This document shows, one piece after another, positions 45,925 to 55,963 of a stretch of DNA of 64,000 bases. This DNA comes from Mycoplasmatota bacterium. Lineage in GTDB: Bacteria; Bacillota_I; Bacilli_A; RF39; UBA660. Every line of letters starts with the position of its first letter. The stretch's first letter is position 1. Position numbers and translations under genes: made by a program. The stretch lies in NCBI GenBank assembly GCA_022771205.1, contig JALFCF010000003.1:200085-264084 (forward strand), read 5' to 3'. The notes below the pieces were generated by a model. That model made no database searches and was not told the origin of the DNA. It worked only from the letters and a program-made list of their open reading frames with translations.

Positions 45925-47361
45925 CTATCTTTTGATATACTTTGTATGTAATAAATCTTTTGCTAAAGGGCTTCCCACACCTTTAAAGAATTTTTCATAA
46001 ATAGAAATAATATCTGGGTTATCATGACTACATCTAATTTTAGAATTATTATCTCTCTCATATAAGTTTTTAATTCTTTTCTCTTTTAACATTTTTTCAT
46101 CTTCTAAAAACACCTTTGGTTGTCCTCCACCACCAATACAACCACCTTCACAATTCATCACTTCAATAAAATGATATTTACATGTATTATTTCTAATATC
46201 TTCAATTATATTCTTTACATTAGTGATGCCATGAACAACCGCAACATTTAAAGTTATATCACCAATATGAATAGTTGCTTCTTTAAAATTTTCATATCCT
46301 CTAACATCATTAAAAACTACTGTATCAAGATTTTCTTTTGTAATCATATGATAAGCTGTTCTTAAAGCAGCTTCCATAACTCCACCAGTATTCCCAAAAA
46401 TAATACCAGCACCACTGCCTTCTCCAAGAACACTATCATAATCAGATTCTGGTATATCTTCATATTTTATATTCTTTTCCTTAATTATTTTAGCTAATTC
46501 TGATACTGTAATAACTAAATCTGTTCCGTTTATTTCTTCACGTGCAATTTCAAATTTTTTAGCAGTACATGGAGTAATAGCAACAGTATATGAATTATCT
46601 ATATTATTACTTTTACAAAAATACTCTTTAACAACTTTTCCCATCATTCCTATTGGACTCTTACAACTAGAAATATTGTCTAAAATATCAGGATAAAATT
46701 GTTCTGCATATTTAATCCAAGCTGGACAACAAGATGTAAACATTGGCAATTTCCCATTATTCTTCACCCTATTTACTAATTCATTAGCTTCTTCCATAAT
46801 AGTTAAATCTGCAGCAAAAGTAGTATCAAATACATATTTAAATCCTAACATTCTTAAGAATCCTATTAATTTTCTTTGTGAAAAAGTTCCAACTTCCATA
46901 CCAAAACATTCAGCAAAGGAAACTCTTACAGCAGGTGAAGTATACGCAATAGTAACTTTATTTCCTTCTAAAGCCTCATATAGCTCTTTTCTATTATCTT
47001 TAGGAATTAAAGCATTAACTGGACAAGTCTGAATACATTGCCCACAGTTAACACACAACTCACTATCTTTATCAAAAGTCATCCCTTCTTTTTTAGTACA
47101 AGTACTAACACACAAACCACAATTAATACAATTAGAATTAATTCTTTCTATAGAAACATTATTTTGACTTATTTTAACAGCGTTAGGAAATAAATCGTCA
47201 TCTTCTTTTTTATTCTCTACTTCGTCTTCCACTAATTCAAACATATCCTTACCAACTCCACACAATGGACAAGTCCAATCATCAGATAAATCCGCAAATT
47301 TAATTTCTTCTTTTTCATCATCATCATATATATATCCACATAGCATACATTTATACTTCAT
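45925..47361 (-). CDS. [FeFe]-hydrogenase (group A) with N-terminal rubredoxin and 2[4Fe-4S] ferredoxin domain
   Basis: CMLCGYIYD...WTCPLCG rubredoxin; CINCGLC and CVNCGQC; H-cluster motifs TSCCPAW, TPCTAKKFE, EVMNCEGGCIGGGGQP. Confidence 0.93.
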   Translation of the reverse strand: MKYKCMLCGYIYDDDEKEEIKFADLSDDWTCPLCGVGKDMFELVEDEVENKKEDDDLFPNAVKISQNNVSIERINSNCINCGLCVSTCTKKEGMTFDKDSELCVNCGQCIQTCPVNALIPKDNRKELYEALEGNKVTIAYTSPAVRVSFAECFGMEVGTFSQRKLIGFLRMLGFKYVFDTTFAADLTIMEEANELVNRVKNNGKLPMFTSCCPAWIKYAEQFYPDILDNISSCKSPIGMMGKVVKEYFCKSNNIDNSYTVAITPCTAKKFEIAREEINGTDLVITVSELAKIIKEKNIKYEDIPESDYDSVLGEGSGAGIIFGNTGGVMEAALRTAYHMITKENLDTVVFNDVRGYENFKEATIHIGDITLNVAVVHGITNVKNIIEDIRNNTCKYHFIEVMNCEGGCIGGGGQPKVFLEDEKMLKEKRIKNLYERDNNSKIRCSHDNPDIISIYEKFFKGVGSPLAKDLLHTKYIKR

Positions 47362-47437
47362 ATAACAACCTCCTAAATAACTTTTCTAAATATTTTTTTC
47401 AAATAAATACTTACCTATATCTATTGTATAATAAAAC

Positions 47438-47463
47438 AAAGACTAAATCAATTTGATTTAGTT
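47438..47463. repeat. hairpin element, copy 1
   Basis: AAAGACTAAATCA-ATT-TGATTTAGTT; equals the reverse complement of 48027-48051 apart from one indel. Confidence 0.8.
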
Positions 47464-47495
47464 GAAACATAGACTTTTTTTAATAACAAGCTGAC

Positions 47496-47970
47496 CTATA
47501 CTTCAAAAAAGTTTTCTAATTTATTAATGTTTGATTTGATTTCAAAAATAATCTTCTTATAATTATCAATAGTAATATCTAAACTTATTGGTATCCTAAT
47601 AAGATAATCATTTTTATTTGGATCTGAGCAAATTTCAAACGGACATTTAGTTTTGCAAAGATCCATATAATAATCATTTTGAATTTTTTTATTATAATCA
47701 GACAACCATACTTCAAACATAAAAGTTTTACGAATAAATATCACTTGAAGTTTTAAACCCATTTTCTTCCATTTTTTATTGGTCATTTGAAAATATGTAA
47801 AATTCATTTTATTTTCAATGATCCTATTCATAAAATTATAAGTAGTGAAATCTTTTTCAAGCCCATTGAAACATATTGTATAAATTTCAAAACACGTTGA
47901 TAGCATTCTTGAATATTCGTATTTTTGATCAAACTTTTATATTCAACAAATAATTCTTTATTAAAACCAT
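47496..47970 (-). pseudogene. frameshifted gene (DUF7000-like), two single-base deletions in homopolymer runs
   Basis: AAGGTG RBS + ATG at 47970; adding one base at 47963-66 and one at 47853-57 gives MVFNKELFVEYKSLIKNTNIQECYQRVLKFI...KDFTTY...FEVWLSDYNKKIQ. Confidence 0.65.
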
Positions 47971-48026
47971 TTTAACACCTTCGACTAAACACATTATTAT
48001 TTATTAATGACATTATAGCATAAAAA

Positions 48027-48051
48027 AACTAAATCAAATGATTTAGTCTTT
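48027..48051. repeat. hairpin element, copy 2 (ppdK terminator)
   Basis: AACTAAATCA-AA-TGATTTAGTCTTT; T7 tract follows on the minus strand. Confidence 0.8.
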
Positions 48052-48066
48052 TATGTTATCAATCTA

Positions 48067-50688
48067 TTATTTGTTTCTAATAGCAGCTTGAGCAGCAGCA
48101 AGTCTTGCAACTGGTACTCTGAATGGAGAACAAGATACATAATTTAGTCCTACTCTATGACAGAAGTCAATTGTCTTAGGATCCCCACCATGTTCACCAC
48201 AAATTCCAAGTTCCAAATCACTTCTAGTTTTTCTACCAAGAGTTGAAGCCATATCAATAAGTTTTCCAACTCCATCTTGATCAACAGTAGCAAATGGATC
48301 TTGATCTAAAATACCTTTTTGATAATAATCACTCAAATATTTAGAAGCATCATCTCTAGAGAATCCAAATGTCATTTGAGTTAAATCGTTTGTACCAAAA
48401 CTAAAGAACTCAGCTTCTTCTGCAATCTTATCAGCTAAAAGAGCTGCCCTTGGAATTTCAATCATTGTACCAACTTTATAATCAACGGTAACTCCTGCTT
48501 TATCCATAACTTCCTTAGCAGTGTCAACAACTACTTTTTTAACAAATTGTAACTCTTTCAAAATGCCAACCAACGGAATCATAATTTCAGGATGCACTTC
48601 AATTCCTTCTTTTTTAACATTAATAGCAGCTTCAATAACAGCTCTAGTTTGCATTTTAGCAATTTCTGGATAAGTAATAGCTAAACGACATCCACGATGT
48701 CCCATCATAGGGTTAAATTCTTTTAATGAATCCACTCTATTTTTTAAAGTTTCATAAGTAATTCCTAAACTATCAGCAAGAGGTCTCATCTCTTCTTCAG
48801 TCTTAGGTAAAAATTCATGTAGTGGTGGATCTAAGAAACGAATAATAACACATTTATCGTCCATAGCTCTAAATAATCCCTCAAAATCATCTCTTTGATA
48901 AGGTAATATCTTTTCTAGTGCTGCTTTTCTAGACTCTAAATCAGTAGCAGTAATCATCTTACGGAAATTAAAGATTCTTTCTTCATCAAAGAACATATGC
49001 TCTGTACGGCAAAGACCAATTCCTTCAGCGCCAAACTTTTTAGCTTGTAATGCATCTCTAGGAGTATCAGCATTAGTATAAACTTCTAATGTACGGTATT
49101 GATCTGCCCACTCCATAAATGTTTCGAAATTTCCAGTAATACTAGCTTCAACAGTTTTAACTTGTTCAGCATACACTTTACCAGTACTACCATCCAAACT
49201 AATATAGTCTCCTTCTTTTAAAATACGTCCATCTTTTAATGTTAAAGTCTTTTTCTCCTCATCAATAACTAGACCACTGCATCCAGATACACAGCAAGTT
49301 CCCATACCACGAGCAACTACAGCAGCATGACTTGTCATACCACCACGAAGAGTTAAAACCCCATGAGCAAGGTTCATTCCTTCAATATCTTCAGGTGAAG
49401 TTTCTAAACGAACTAAAATAATATCCTCTACTCCATCTTTATGCATGCGAATAACATCATCTGCAGTAAATGCAATATGACCAGTAGCAGCTCCAGGAGA
49501 AGCAGCAAGTCCTTCAGCAACGCATTCTGCGGCTTTTAAACTAGCATCATCAAACATAGGATGAAGTAATTGATCAAGTTGCTTTGGATCAACCATCAAC
49601 AATGCTTGTTCTTTTGTAATCATTCCTTCATTAACCATATCAACAGCAATTTTTAATGCTGCAGTAGCAGTACGTTTACCATTTCTAGTTTGAAGCATAA
49701 AAAGTTTTCCATCTTCAATAGTAAACTCCATATCTTGCATATCTTTATAATGTTCTTCAAGAATCTTACAAATTTTACTAAATTCATCATAACATTCTGG
49801 CATTACTTCTTTTAATGTATCAATAGATTGAGGCGTTCTAATACCAGCAACAACATCTTCACCTTGAGCATTCATTAAATACTCACCAAACAAATGATTT
49901 TCTCCAGTAGCAGGATTTCTAGTAAATGCAACTCCTGTACCAGAAGTTTCTCCGCGGTTTCCATAAACCATTTCTTGAACATTAACAGCAGTACCCCAAC
50001 TACTTGGAATATCATTTAAGCGACGATAAGTAATTGCTCTATCATTCATCCAACTTCTAAATACAGCTTTAACAGCAGCCATTAATTGTTCTCTTGGATC
50101 CTGTGGAAAATCACATCCAGCAAGTTTTTTATATTCTTCTTTATAAATAGTAACAACTTCTTCTAAATCTTCGGCTGTAAGTTCAGTATCAAGTTCTACT
50201 CCCTTTTCTTCTTTTATAGCATCAAACTTTCTTTCAAAAGAAGACTTTGGAAATTCCATAACAACATCTGCAAACATTTGAATAAAACGACGATATGAAT
50301 CATAAACAAAACGTTTATTATTCGTAACTTCACTAAATCCTACTGCAACCTCATCATTCATTCCAAGATTCAAGATAGTATCCATCATACCAGGCATACT
50401 AGCACGTGCTCCACTACGAACAGACACTAACAAAGGATTCTTTTTATCTCCAAATGTTTTACCAGTAATCTCTTCTAATTGATGAATTTTTTCATCAATT
50501 TGATCTGTGATTTCATCAGTTAACTTACGATTGTTTTCATAATAACTAGTACAAGCTTCAGTAGTTACGGTAAAACCACGAGGTACTGGTAATCCTATAT
50601 TAGTCATTTCTGCTAAATTAGCACCTTTTCCTCCTAATAGATTTCTCATATCTTTACTGCCTTCAGTAAATAAATAGACGTATTTCAT
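48067..50688 (-). CDS. ppdK: pyruvate, phosphate dikinase
   Basis: LGGKGANLAEM, SVRSGARASMPGMMDT, GGMTSHAAVVARG, GIGLCRTEHMF, FSFGTNDLTQ, GICGEHGGDP. Confidence 0.98.
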   Translation of the reverse strand: MKYVYLFTEGSKDMRNLLGGKGANLAEMTNIGLPVPRGFTVTTEACTSYYENNRKLTDEITDQIDEKIHQLEEITGKTFGDKKNPLLVSVRSGARASMPGMMDTILNLGMNDEVAVGFSEVTNNKRFVYDSYRRFIQMFADVVMEFPKSSFERKFDAIKEEKGVELDTELTAEDLEEVVTIYKEEYKKLAGCDFPQDPREQLMAAVKAVFRSWMNDRAITYRRLNDIPSSWGTAVNVQEMVYGNRGETSGTGVAFTRNPATGENHLFGEYLMNAQGEDVVAGIRTPQSIDTLKEVMPECYDEFSKICKILEEHYKDMQDMEFTIEDGKLFMLQTRNGKRTATAALKIAVDMVNEGMITKEQALLMVDPKQLDQLLHPMFDDASLKAAECVAEGLAASPGAATGHIAFTADDVIRMHKDGVEDIILVRLETSPEDIEGMNLAHGVLTLRGGMTSHAAVVARGMGTCCVSGCSGLVIDEEKKTLTLKDGRILKEGDYISLDGSTGKVYAEQVKTVEASITGNFETFMEWADQYRTLEVYTNADTPRDALQAKKFGAEGIGLCRTEHMFFDEERIFNFRKMITATDLESRKAALEKILPYQRDDFEGLFRAMDDKCVIIRFLDPPLHEFLPKTEEEMRPLADSLGITYETLKNRVDSLKEFNPMMGHRGCRLAITYPEIAKMQTRAVIEAAINVKKEGIEVHPEIMIPLVGILKELQFVKKVVVDTAKEVMDKAGVTVDYKVGTMIEIPRAALLADKIAEEAEFFSFGTNDLTQMTFGFSRDDASKYLSDYYQKGILDQDPFATVDQDGVGKLIDMASTLGRKTRSDLELGICGEHGGDPKTIDFCHRVGLNYVSCSPFRVPVARLAAAQAAIRNK

Positions 50689-50780
50689 TTATTGCCTCCT
50701 ATTCTCTATTTACAACTTAAGTATAGCATATAAACAAAAAAAAGAAATAGATTTTTGTCTTTACAAAAAAAGAAAAAGAG

Positions 50781-51077
50781 TTATTTTACAAACTCTTTTA
50801 ATTCTTCTTCATCCATAAACCCAACATTCTTTTTTACTTCTTCACCTTTAGAAAAAACCACAACTGTTGGAATTGACATAATACCATAACGTCTAGCAAC
50901 ATCTTCCACATCATCAACATTAACTTTATAAGTATTCAAGTTCATTTCTTTAGTAACTTTATCTAAAATTGGACTTAACATTTGGCATGGACCACACCAC
51001 TCAGCATAAAAGTCAACAATAACTTTGTCTTTCATAATCACTTCATCAAATTCTTTTTCACTTTTAATATAATTCAT
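50781..51077 (-). CDS. trxA: thioredoxin
   Basis: DFYAEWCGPC, IMSIPT. Confidence 0.95.
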   Translation of the reverse strand: MNYIKSEKEFDEVIMKDKVIVDFYAEWCGPCQMLSPILDKVTKEMNLNTYKVNVDDVEDVARRYGIMSIPTVVVFSKGEEVKKNVGFMDEEELKEFVK

Positions 51078-51138
51078 ATAAATCCTCCTTTAATAATAAT
51101 TATTTTACCACAAATTTATCAAACTATAAAACATTGTT

Positions 51139-51855
51139 TTATTCATACTTTTCAATAACCTTATCTAATCCAGAAATACCATCTAATTTATCTAAAATAA
51201 TTAACTGTCTAGCTGTTTTTGGACTGACAATTTTATATTTCAATAATACATCCATAGTCTCAACATTAGCTTCATTTTTACTAATATTTCCTTTAGATAA
51301 ATCTTCACCCAAACTATAAATTTCATTAATAGAAGTACTAATATTTTCAGAACTACTAGCAAGTATTGGTGTTTCAAAAACAATATAATTTGCAAACTTA
51401 CTATTTATAAAAACATCTGTATTCTTTAGTGGAATAAGAAGCGCAAGTAATACAACAAAAATCATAACATAACCAGTAATAAAAGCAACTATTGCACCAA
51501 TTACTTTAGAAGGCAACCATAAAATAATTGTCATGTGAACAATCTTTTGAACAACCCCAGATATTTTAACAATTATCATATAAACACTAAACAATAAACT
51601 ATATATAATCAAAAACGCAATTACTTGATAAAGTAAAATATTTAAAACTTTTACCCCTTCTAAACTTCCTGTAAAGTTGAAAAACGGTAACCATTTACAT
51701 AAAACATTACCTAAAACCCCTTTAAAAGCAAAAGCTAAAATTAAAACAACAATAATTCCAACAAGAGACACAATTTCTTTTATAGCTCCCCTTTTAAAGC
51801 CAATAATTGCACTCATGATTAAAACTAAAATAATTGCAATATCTAAAATATTCAT
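51139..51855 (-). CDS. CvpA family membrane protein
   Basis: NILDIAII...IIGFKRGAIKEI; divergent from rnhC as yshB is in Bacillus. Confidence 0.88.
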   Translation of the reverse strand: MNILDIAIILVLIMSAIIGFKRGAIKEIVSLVGIIVVLILAFAFKGVLGNVLCKWLPFFNFTGSLEGVKVLNILLYQVIAFLIIYSLLFSVYMIIVKISGVVQKIVHMTIILWLPSKVIGAIVAFITGYVMIFVVLLALLIPLKNTDVFINSKFANYIVFETPILASSSENISTSINEIYSLGEDLSKGNISKNEANVETMDVLLKYKIVSPKTARQLIILDKLDGISGLDKVIEKYE

Positions 51856-51927
51856 AACATCAACTCCTTACTATTTTATTATAAACGTTTTTCATGTTTT
51901 ATGCTATAATAATTTTGAGGTGGAACA

Positions 51928-52839
51928 ATGAATATTGTTATTAAAGTAAATGAAGAAACTAAACAAAAAATGATTGAATATTATAAAGATAAAGTAAGAG
52001 ATAAAAAAATTCCCTATGCTATTTTTCAAGCCCAAGAAGAAGATACTGTAATTACATTATATGAATCAGGTAAAGCAATGTTTCAAGGAACTAGTGCAGA
52101 TGTAGATGCTGCTATGTGGGGAACAGTATTAGATAATACTAAAGAAAAACAAGAAGAGCAAAAGAAAAAAGATCAAAAGTATCATAACTGCTCTTCAGTA
52201 GGATCAGATGAAGTTGGAACTGGAGACTATTTTGGGCCTATCGTTGTAACAGCAGCCTATGTAAAAAAAGAAGATGTTGAAAAACTAGAAAAATTAGGTG
52301 TCGGTGATTCCAAAAAAATAACAGATGAAAAAATAAAAAAAATAACTCCAGAACTAATAAAAATAGTCAAATATAGAAGTATGATTTTAACAAATAAAGA
52401 ATATAACGAAAAATATACAAAAGACATCAACATGAATAAAATTAAAGCTATTTTACATAATAAAGTATTATACCAACTTATGACTGAAGAAAAACCAAAT
52501 ATAGATTATATTATCGTAGATGAATTTGCTAGAGAAAATAGATATTATGAATACTTAAATGGTATACCAACCATTCAACGAAATATCACTTTCATGACTA
52601 AGGCAGAAGATAAAAATCTAGCCGTTGCTTCTGCATCAATCATTAGTAGATATATATTCTTAAAAGAATTTGATAAACTCTCAGATTCACTTCATATTCC
52701 TCTACCAAAAGGAGCAGGACGAGACGTTGACACAATTGGTGAAGAAATAGTTGAAAAATATGGCGAAGAAAAGCTACAAGAAATTGCTAAAGTTAATTTT
52801 AAAAATACAGATAGAATTTTACATACTTTAATATATTAA
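51928..52839 (+). CDS. rnhC: ribonuclease HIII
   Basis: N-terminal TBP-like domain, VGSDEVGTGDYFGP, GDSKK, VDEF, KAEDK..AVASASIISR. Confidence 0.95.
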   Translation: MNIVIKVNEETKQKMIEYYKDKVRDKKIPYAIFQAQEEDTVITLYESGKAMFQGTSADVDAAMWGTVLDNTKEKQEEQKKKDQKYHNCSSVGSDEVGTGDYFGPIVVTAAYVKKEDVEKLEKLGVGDSKKITDEKIKKITPELIKIVKYRSMILTNKEYNEKYTKDINMNKIKAILHNKVLYQLMTEEKPNIDYIIVDEFARENRYYEYLNGIPTIQRNITFMTKAEDKNLAVASASIISRYIFLKEFDKLSDSLHIPLPKGAGRDVDTIGEEIVEKYGEEKLQEIAKVNFKNTDRILHTLIY

Positions 52840-52840
52840 A

Positions 52841-52862
52841 AAAAGAGACTTAAGTCTCTTTT
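52841..52862. terminator. bidirectional terminator between rnhC and folA
   Basis: AAAAGAGAC-TTAA-GTCTCTTTT. Confidence 0.85.
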
Positions 52863-53349
52863 ATTTTTTTCTAGTGTAAACCAAATGTTTATAAGATATA
52901 CCTTTCTCTTCTTGTACTCCAAGAACACTACTATTCCATTCTCCTTTCGAAAAGCTCGGAAAATAAGCATCTGCATCAGCACATTCCGCATTTACTTCTG
53001 TAAGCAACATGGTATCAGAATAAGGTAACATCTGTTTATAAATAGTAGCTCCACCAATAACCATAAACTCTTCTCTTTGTTGTTCAATATATGAAAGTAA
53101 TTCTTCCATAGAATGCATTACTAACACACTATCAGGATAATCTAACTGACTACTAGTTAACACAATATGTTGCCTTTCAGGTAATAATCCTGGTAAAGAC
53201 TCTAAAGTTTTTCTCCCCATAATAATTGGTTTATGAAGTGTATGTTCTCTAAAGAATCTCATATCTCCTTTAAAATGCCAAATTAAATCATTGTCCTTTC
53301 CTAACTCTAAATTTTTTCCAACAGCAGCAATTATTGTAATATTTTTCAT
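52861..53349 (-). CDS. folA: dihydrofolate reductase
   Basis: IIAAVG.N..LG..NDLIWH..GDM.FFR, IMGRKT.ESLP..LP.R, VIGGA.IY, ADAYFP. Confidence 0.95.
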   Translation of the reverse strand: MKNITIIAAVGKNLELGKDNDLIWHFKGDMRFFREHTLHKPIIMGRKTLESLPGLLPERQHIVLTSSQLDYPDSVLVMHSMEELLSYIEQQREEFMVIGGATIYKQMLPYSDTMLLTEVNAECADADAYFPSFSKGEWNSSVLGVQEEKGISYKHLVYTRKK

Positions 53350-53351
53350 AA

Positions 53352-54383
53352 TTATATTCCCTTATCAAACTTCAATTGTGGATTTTTTGTTTTTATTAAT
53401 TCTCTTGGATAATTCTTAATATGAATATCATCCATAGTAAAATCATAGAAATCACTAATTCCGGGATTTAAAGATAAATATGGTTCTGTATAATCATCTT
53501 CAATACAATTAACAGGTTCCCTGTTTAGTAATTCAACCGCTTGTTTAATATGCCTATCATAGATTTGTATATTTTGTACATCCCAAGTAAATTTACCAGG
53601 TACATACCCAGTAGCCTGACTAACCATCAACATAAGTGCCACATATTGCATTTGATTAATACATCCAGCAACTAAAAAATCACTAGATCGTTGAATCAAT
53701 TTCATATCTAAATAATCAACACCATCTCGACCATGTCGAACATTCCAAACTGTAGAATAAGCACAAGGTTTTAAACCATGTGGTTTTTTAAACTCTTCTA
53801 ATTGCCACAAATCAATAATATGTCTCCTACTATCCGGAGTTTCTCTTAGTTCAACAAGTAAATTTTTCATCTGATCATAATCTGCAACAGTTGTTCCATA
53901 AGGAGAACCAATGTTTCTTTTCTTGTTACCATGTTCATCTACCAAATCCCATTCATCCCACCAAGTAACACCATATTTATCTTTTAACAAATTTAAATCA
54001 GTAGACGCATCTTGATAAATCCAAAGAACTTCACCAATACTTTTTTTCACCGCAATAGGTCTCAATGTAATCATAGGAGACTCTCCTTCAGAAATATCAT
54101 AACTAATATGCACTGCATTATTAAGAGACAACGTATTAGCTGGTTTTCCATCACTTTCATAACGCGGTCTAACATTTTTATCATAACATCCTTCAGTTAA
54201 TATTTTATCCATAATTACTTTGGTATACATATCTCCTTTAGTACCAATAGGATTGCCATTAGAATCTACCAAATAACTTCCATTTGTTACTACATCAGGA
54301 TAATTTAAATCCTTTAATTTTAAAGGTTCATCACCCTTTTCAAGTAACGGTGTATTTATATAATCTATATCTATTTTTCCCAT
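53352..54383 (-). CDS. thyA: thymidylate synthase (divergent ThyA) with an N-terminal extension
   Basis: PDSRRHI..LW, LKPC catalytic Cys, QRSSD, IN..QY, IYDRH; directly upstream of folA. Confidence 0.88.
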   Translation of the reverse strand: MGKIDIDYINTPLLEKGDEPLKLKDLNYPDVVTNGSYLVDSNGNPIGTKGDMYTKVIMDKILTEGCYDKNVRPRYESDGKPANTLSLNNAVHISYDISEGESPMITLRPIAVKKSIGEVLWIYQDASTDLNLLKDKYGVTWWDEWDLVDEHGNKKRNIGSPYGTTVADYDQMKNLLVELRETPDSRRHIIDLWQLEEFKKPHGLKPCAYSTVWNVRHGRDGVDYLDMKLIQRSSDFLVAGCINQMQYVALMLMVSQATGYVPGKFTWDVQNIQIYDRHIKQAVELLNREPVNCIEDDYTEPYLSLNPGISDFYDFTMDDIHIKNYPRELIKTKNPQLKFDKGI

Positions 54384-54502
54384 ATCTTATTACCTCCTAC
54401 TATATTATACTAAAGAGTAACAAAATAACATGTTGCAAAAGCAACAATAAATAAAAAAAAAGAAAAGAAAAGTCTAAACTTTTCTTTAATTAATATAATA
54501 TT

Positions 54503-55876
54503 TTATTGATATTGCTTATTATAATTTTCTTTAAGTTTTTCTATATTATTTTTACTAGAAGTAATGGTCATAGAAACAGTACCCAACTTATCATAGGTAT
54601 ATAATTTATTTTTCTTTAGATTATTAATAATACTATCAGTAACTTCATTTATCCTAATAGAATTAATAGTATCATAATTAATAAAAATCTCATTATCTTC
54701 TTTTTCTAGTTCTGCAGCAGTATAATCAGGATAATAATCTATTCTAACTCTAATTTGATTAGTCATAGACTCATCTTCAACAAATTTAATATAATTCCAT
54801 CCATATTGAATAAGTAGCTCGTCATTCATCATATATACTTCTTCTTGTGTTTCTTGTTTAAAATTGTTAGGAACATCATTTACAACATTCAAATTAAGAA
54901 AATACCAAATAGAAAGTCCAAGTCCAACAGCACTAACTACAACAGAAGAAATAATTGTAATAATAACTCTTCTTCTACTAAATCTCAAATTAAATATAAA
55001 ATCTAAAATTAATTCTATAACAATTAAACAAAAAACTGTAATCCCTAATGCAATAAAAATTGGTCCAACTAAAAATAATCCTCTAAAAATCAAAATCACT
55101 AATAAAACAAATGCAATAATTAACATAATAACACCAATAATAGCAGGTATTAATAAAAATAACAAAAACACTTTCAAGCAAAGAGTAATAGCTTTAGAAA
55201 GTAAATCCAATAAACTAAATCCTTCCGTACGCTTTACTTTAATAACCTTTTTCTTTTTATTATCTTTAACAGTATCTTGAGAATTATCGTCATCAATAGT
55301 ATCAAGAGACTCATTGACCTCTTCAATAACAATCTCTTCTCCATCTAAAAACTTCACTTTAAAAATATACAAGAAAGTTGCAATAGCTAAAATACCATAA
55401 CTTGCATTAAAAATAAAATTCCAAAATCTAGAAAAGAAAATACTAAACCAGTTATCTCCAGTATAAAATAAACTAACAACCATCTCTTTAAATAACATAA
55501 ATGGAATAGAAAAACATAACATAACGCAAATAATTATCATCACTTGAGCAATCATTTTAATAATATCCTTAAAACTTTGATGTTCAAATAAGTAAATTGT
55601 TTTCTTTATATAATCAGCAATATTTTTAAATCCTACTTTAACAACTTTACTTGCATCTTTCTTATCTCTTTCTTCTGTAATATCTTTATTAATTAATACA
55701 TCCATATCACAATGAAAAATATTACATATCGCAACAATTTTATCCATCTCTGGATAACTAGCACTCGATTCCCACTTAGAAACAGATTGCCTAGTTACTC
55801 CCAATTGTTCAGCCAATTGTTCTTGAGAAATTCCTCTCTCTTTCCTCAATTTTTGTAAGTTTTCACCAAACTTCAC
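54503..55876 (-). CDS. XRE-family HTH fused to a multi-pass membrane domain
   Basis: FGENLQKLRKERGISQEQLAEQLGVTRQSVSKWE, followed by about 5 TMs and an external domain. Confidence 0.88.
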   Translation of the reverse strand: MKFGENLQKLRKERGISQEQLAEQLGVTRQSVSKWESSASYPEMDKIVAICNIFHCDMDVLINKDITEERDKKDASKVVKVGFKNIADYIKKTIYLFEHQSFKDIIKMIAQVMIIICVMLCFSIPFMLFKEMVVSLFYTGDNWFSIFFSRFWNFIFNASYGILAIATFLYIFKVKFLDGEEIVIEEVNESLDTIDDDNSQDTVKDNKKKKVIKVKRTEGFSLLDLLSKAITLCLKVFLLFLLIPAIIGVIMLIIAFVLLVILIFRGLFLVGPIFIALGITVFCLIVIELILDFIFNLRFSRRRVIITIISSVVVSAVGLGLSIWYFLNLNVVNDVPNNFKQETQEEVYMMNDELLIQYGWNYIKFVEDESMTNQIRVRIDYYPDYTAAELEKEDNEIFINYDTINSIRINEVTDSIINNLKKNKLYTYDKLGTVSMTITSSKNNIEKLKENYNKQYQ

Positions 55877-55909
55877 TTTTCATCACCTCGAAAAAATCTT
55901 ACTATGTTA

Positions 55910-55960
55910 ATCGGTTGCGCACTACCAATTTTTAGTTGTTTTTTGTAAAATATCAGTTGC
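55910..55960. promoter_or_regulatory. three direct repeats with 21-bp period upstream of the XRE-TM gene
   Basis: ATCGGTTGC (55910), TTTAGTTGT (55931), ATCAGTTGC (55952). Confidence 0.45.
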
Positions 55961-55963
55961 TTT

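Noticed and set aside
45925-47361. Nar1/Narf-like or sensory non-catalytic hydrogenase homologue
   Set aside because: All three H-cluster motifs, including the TSCC proton-transfer Cys and the KKxE Lys, are intact, and no PAS or phosphatase domain is present
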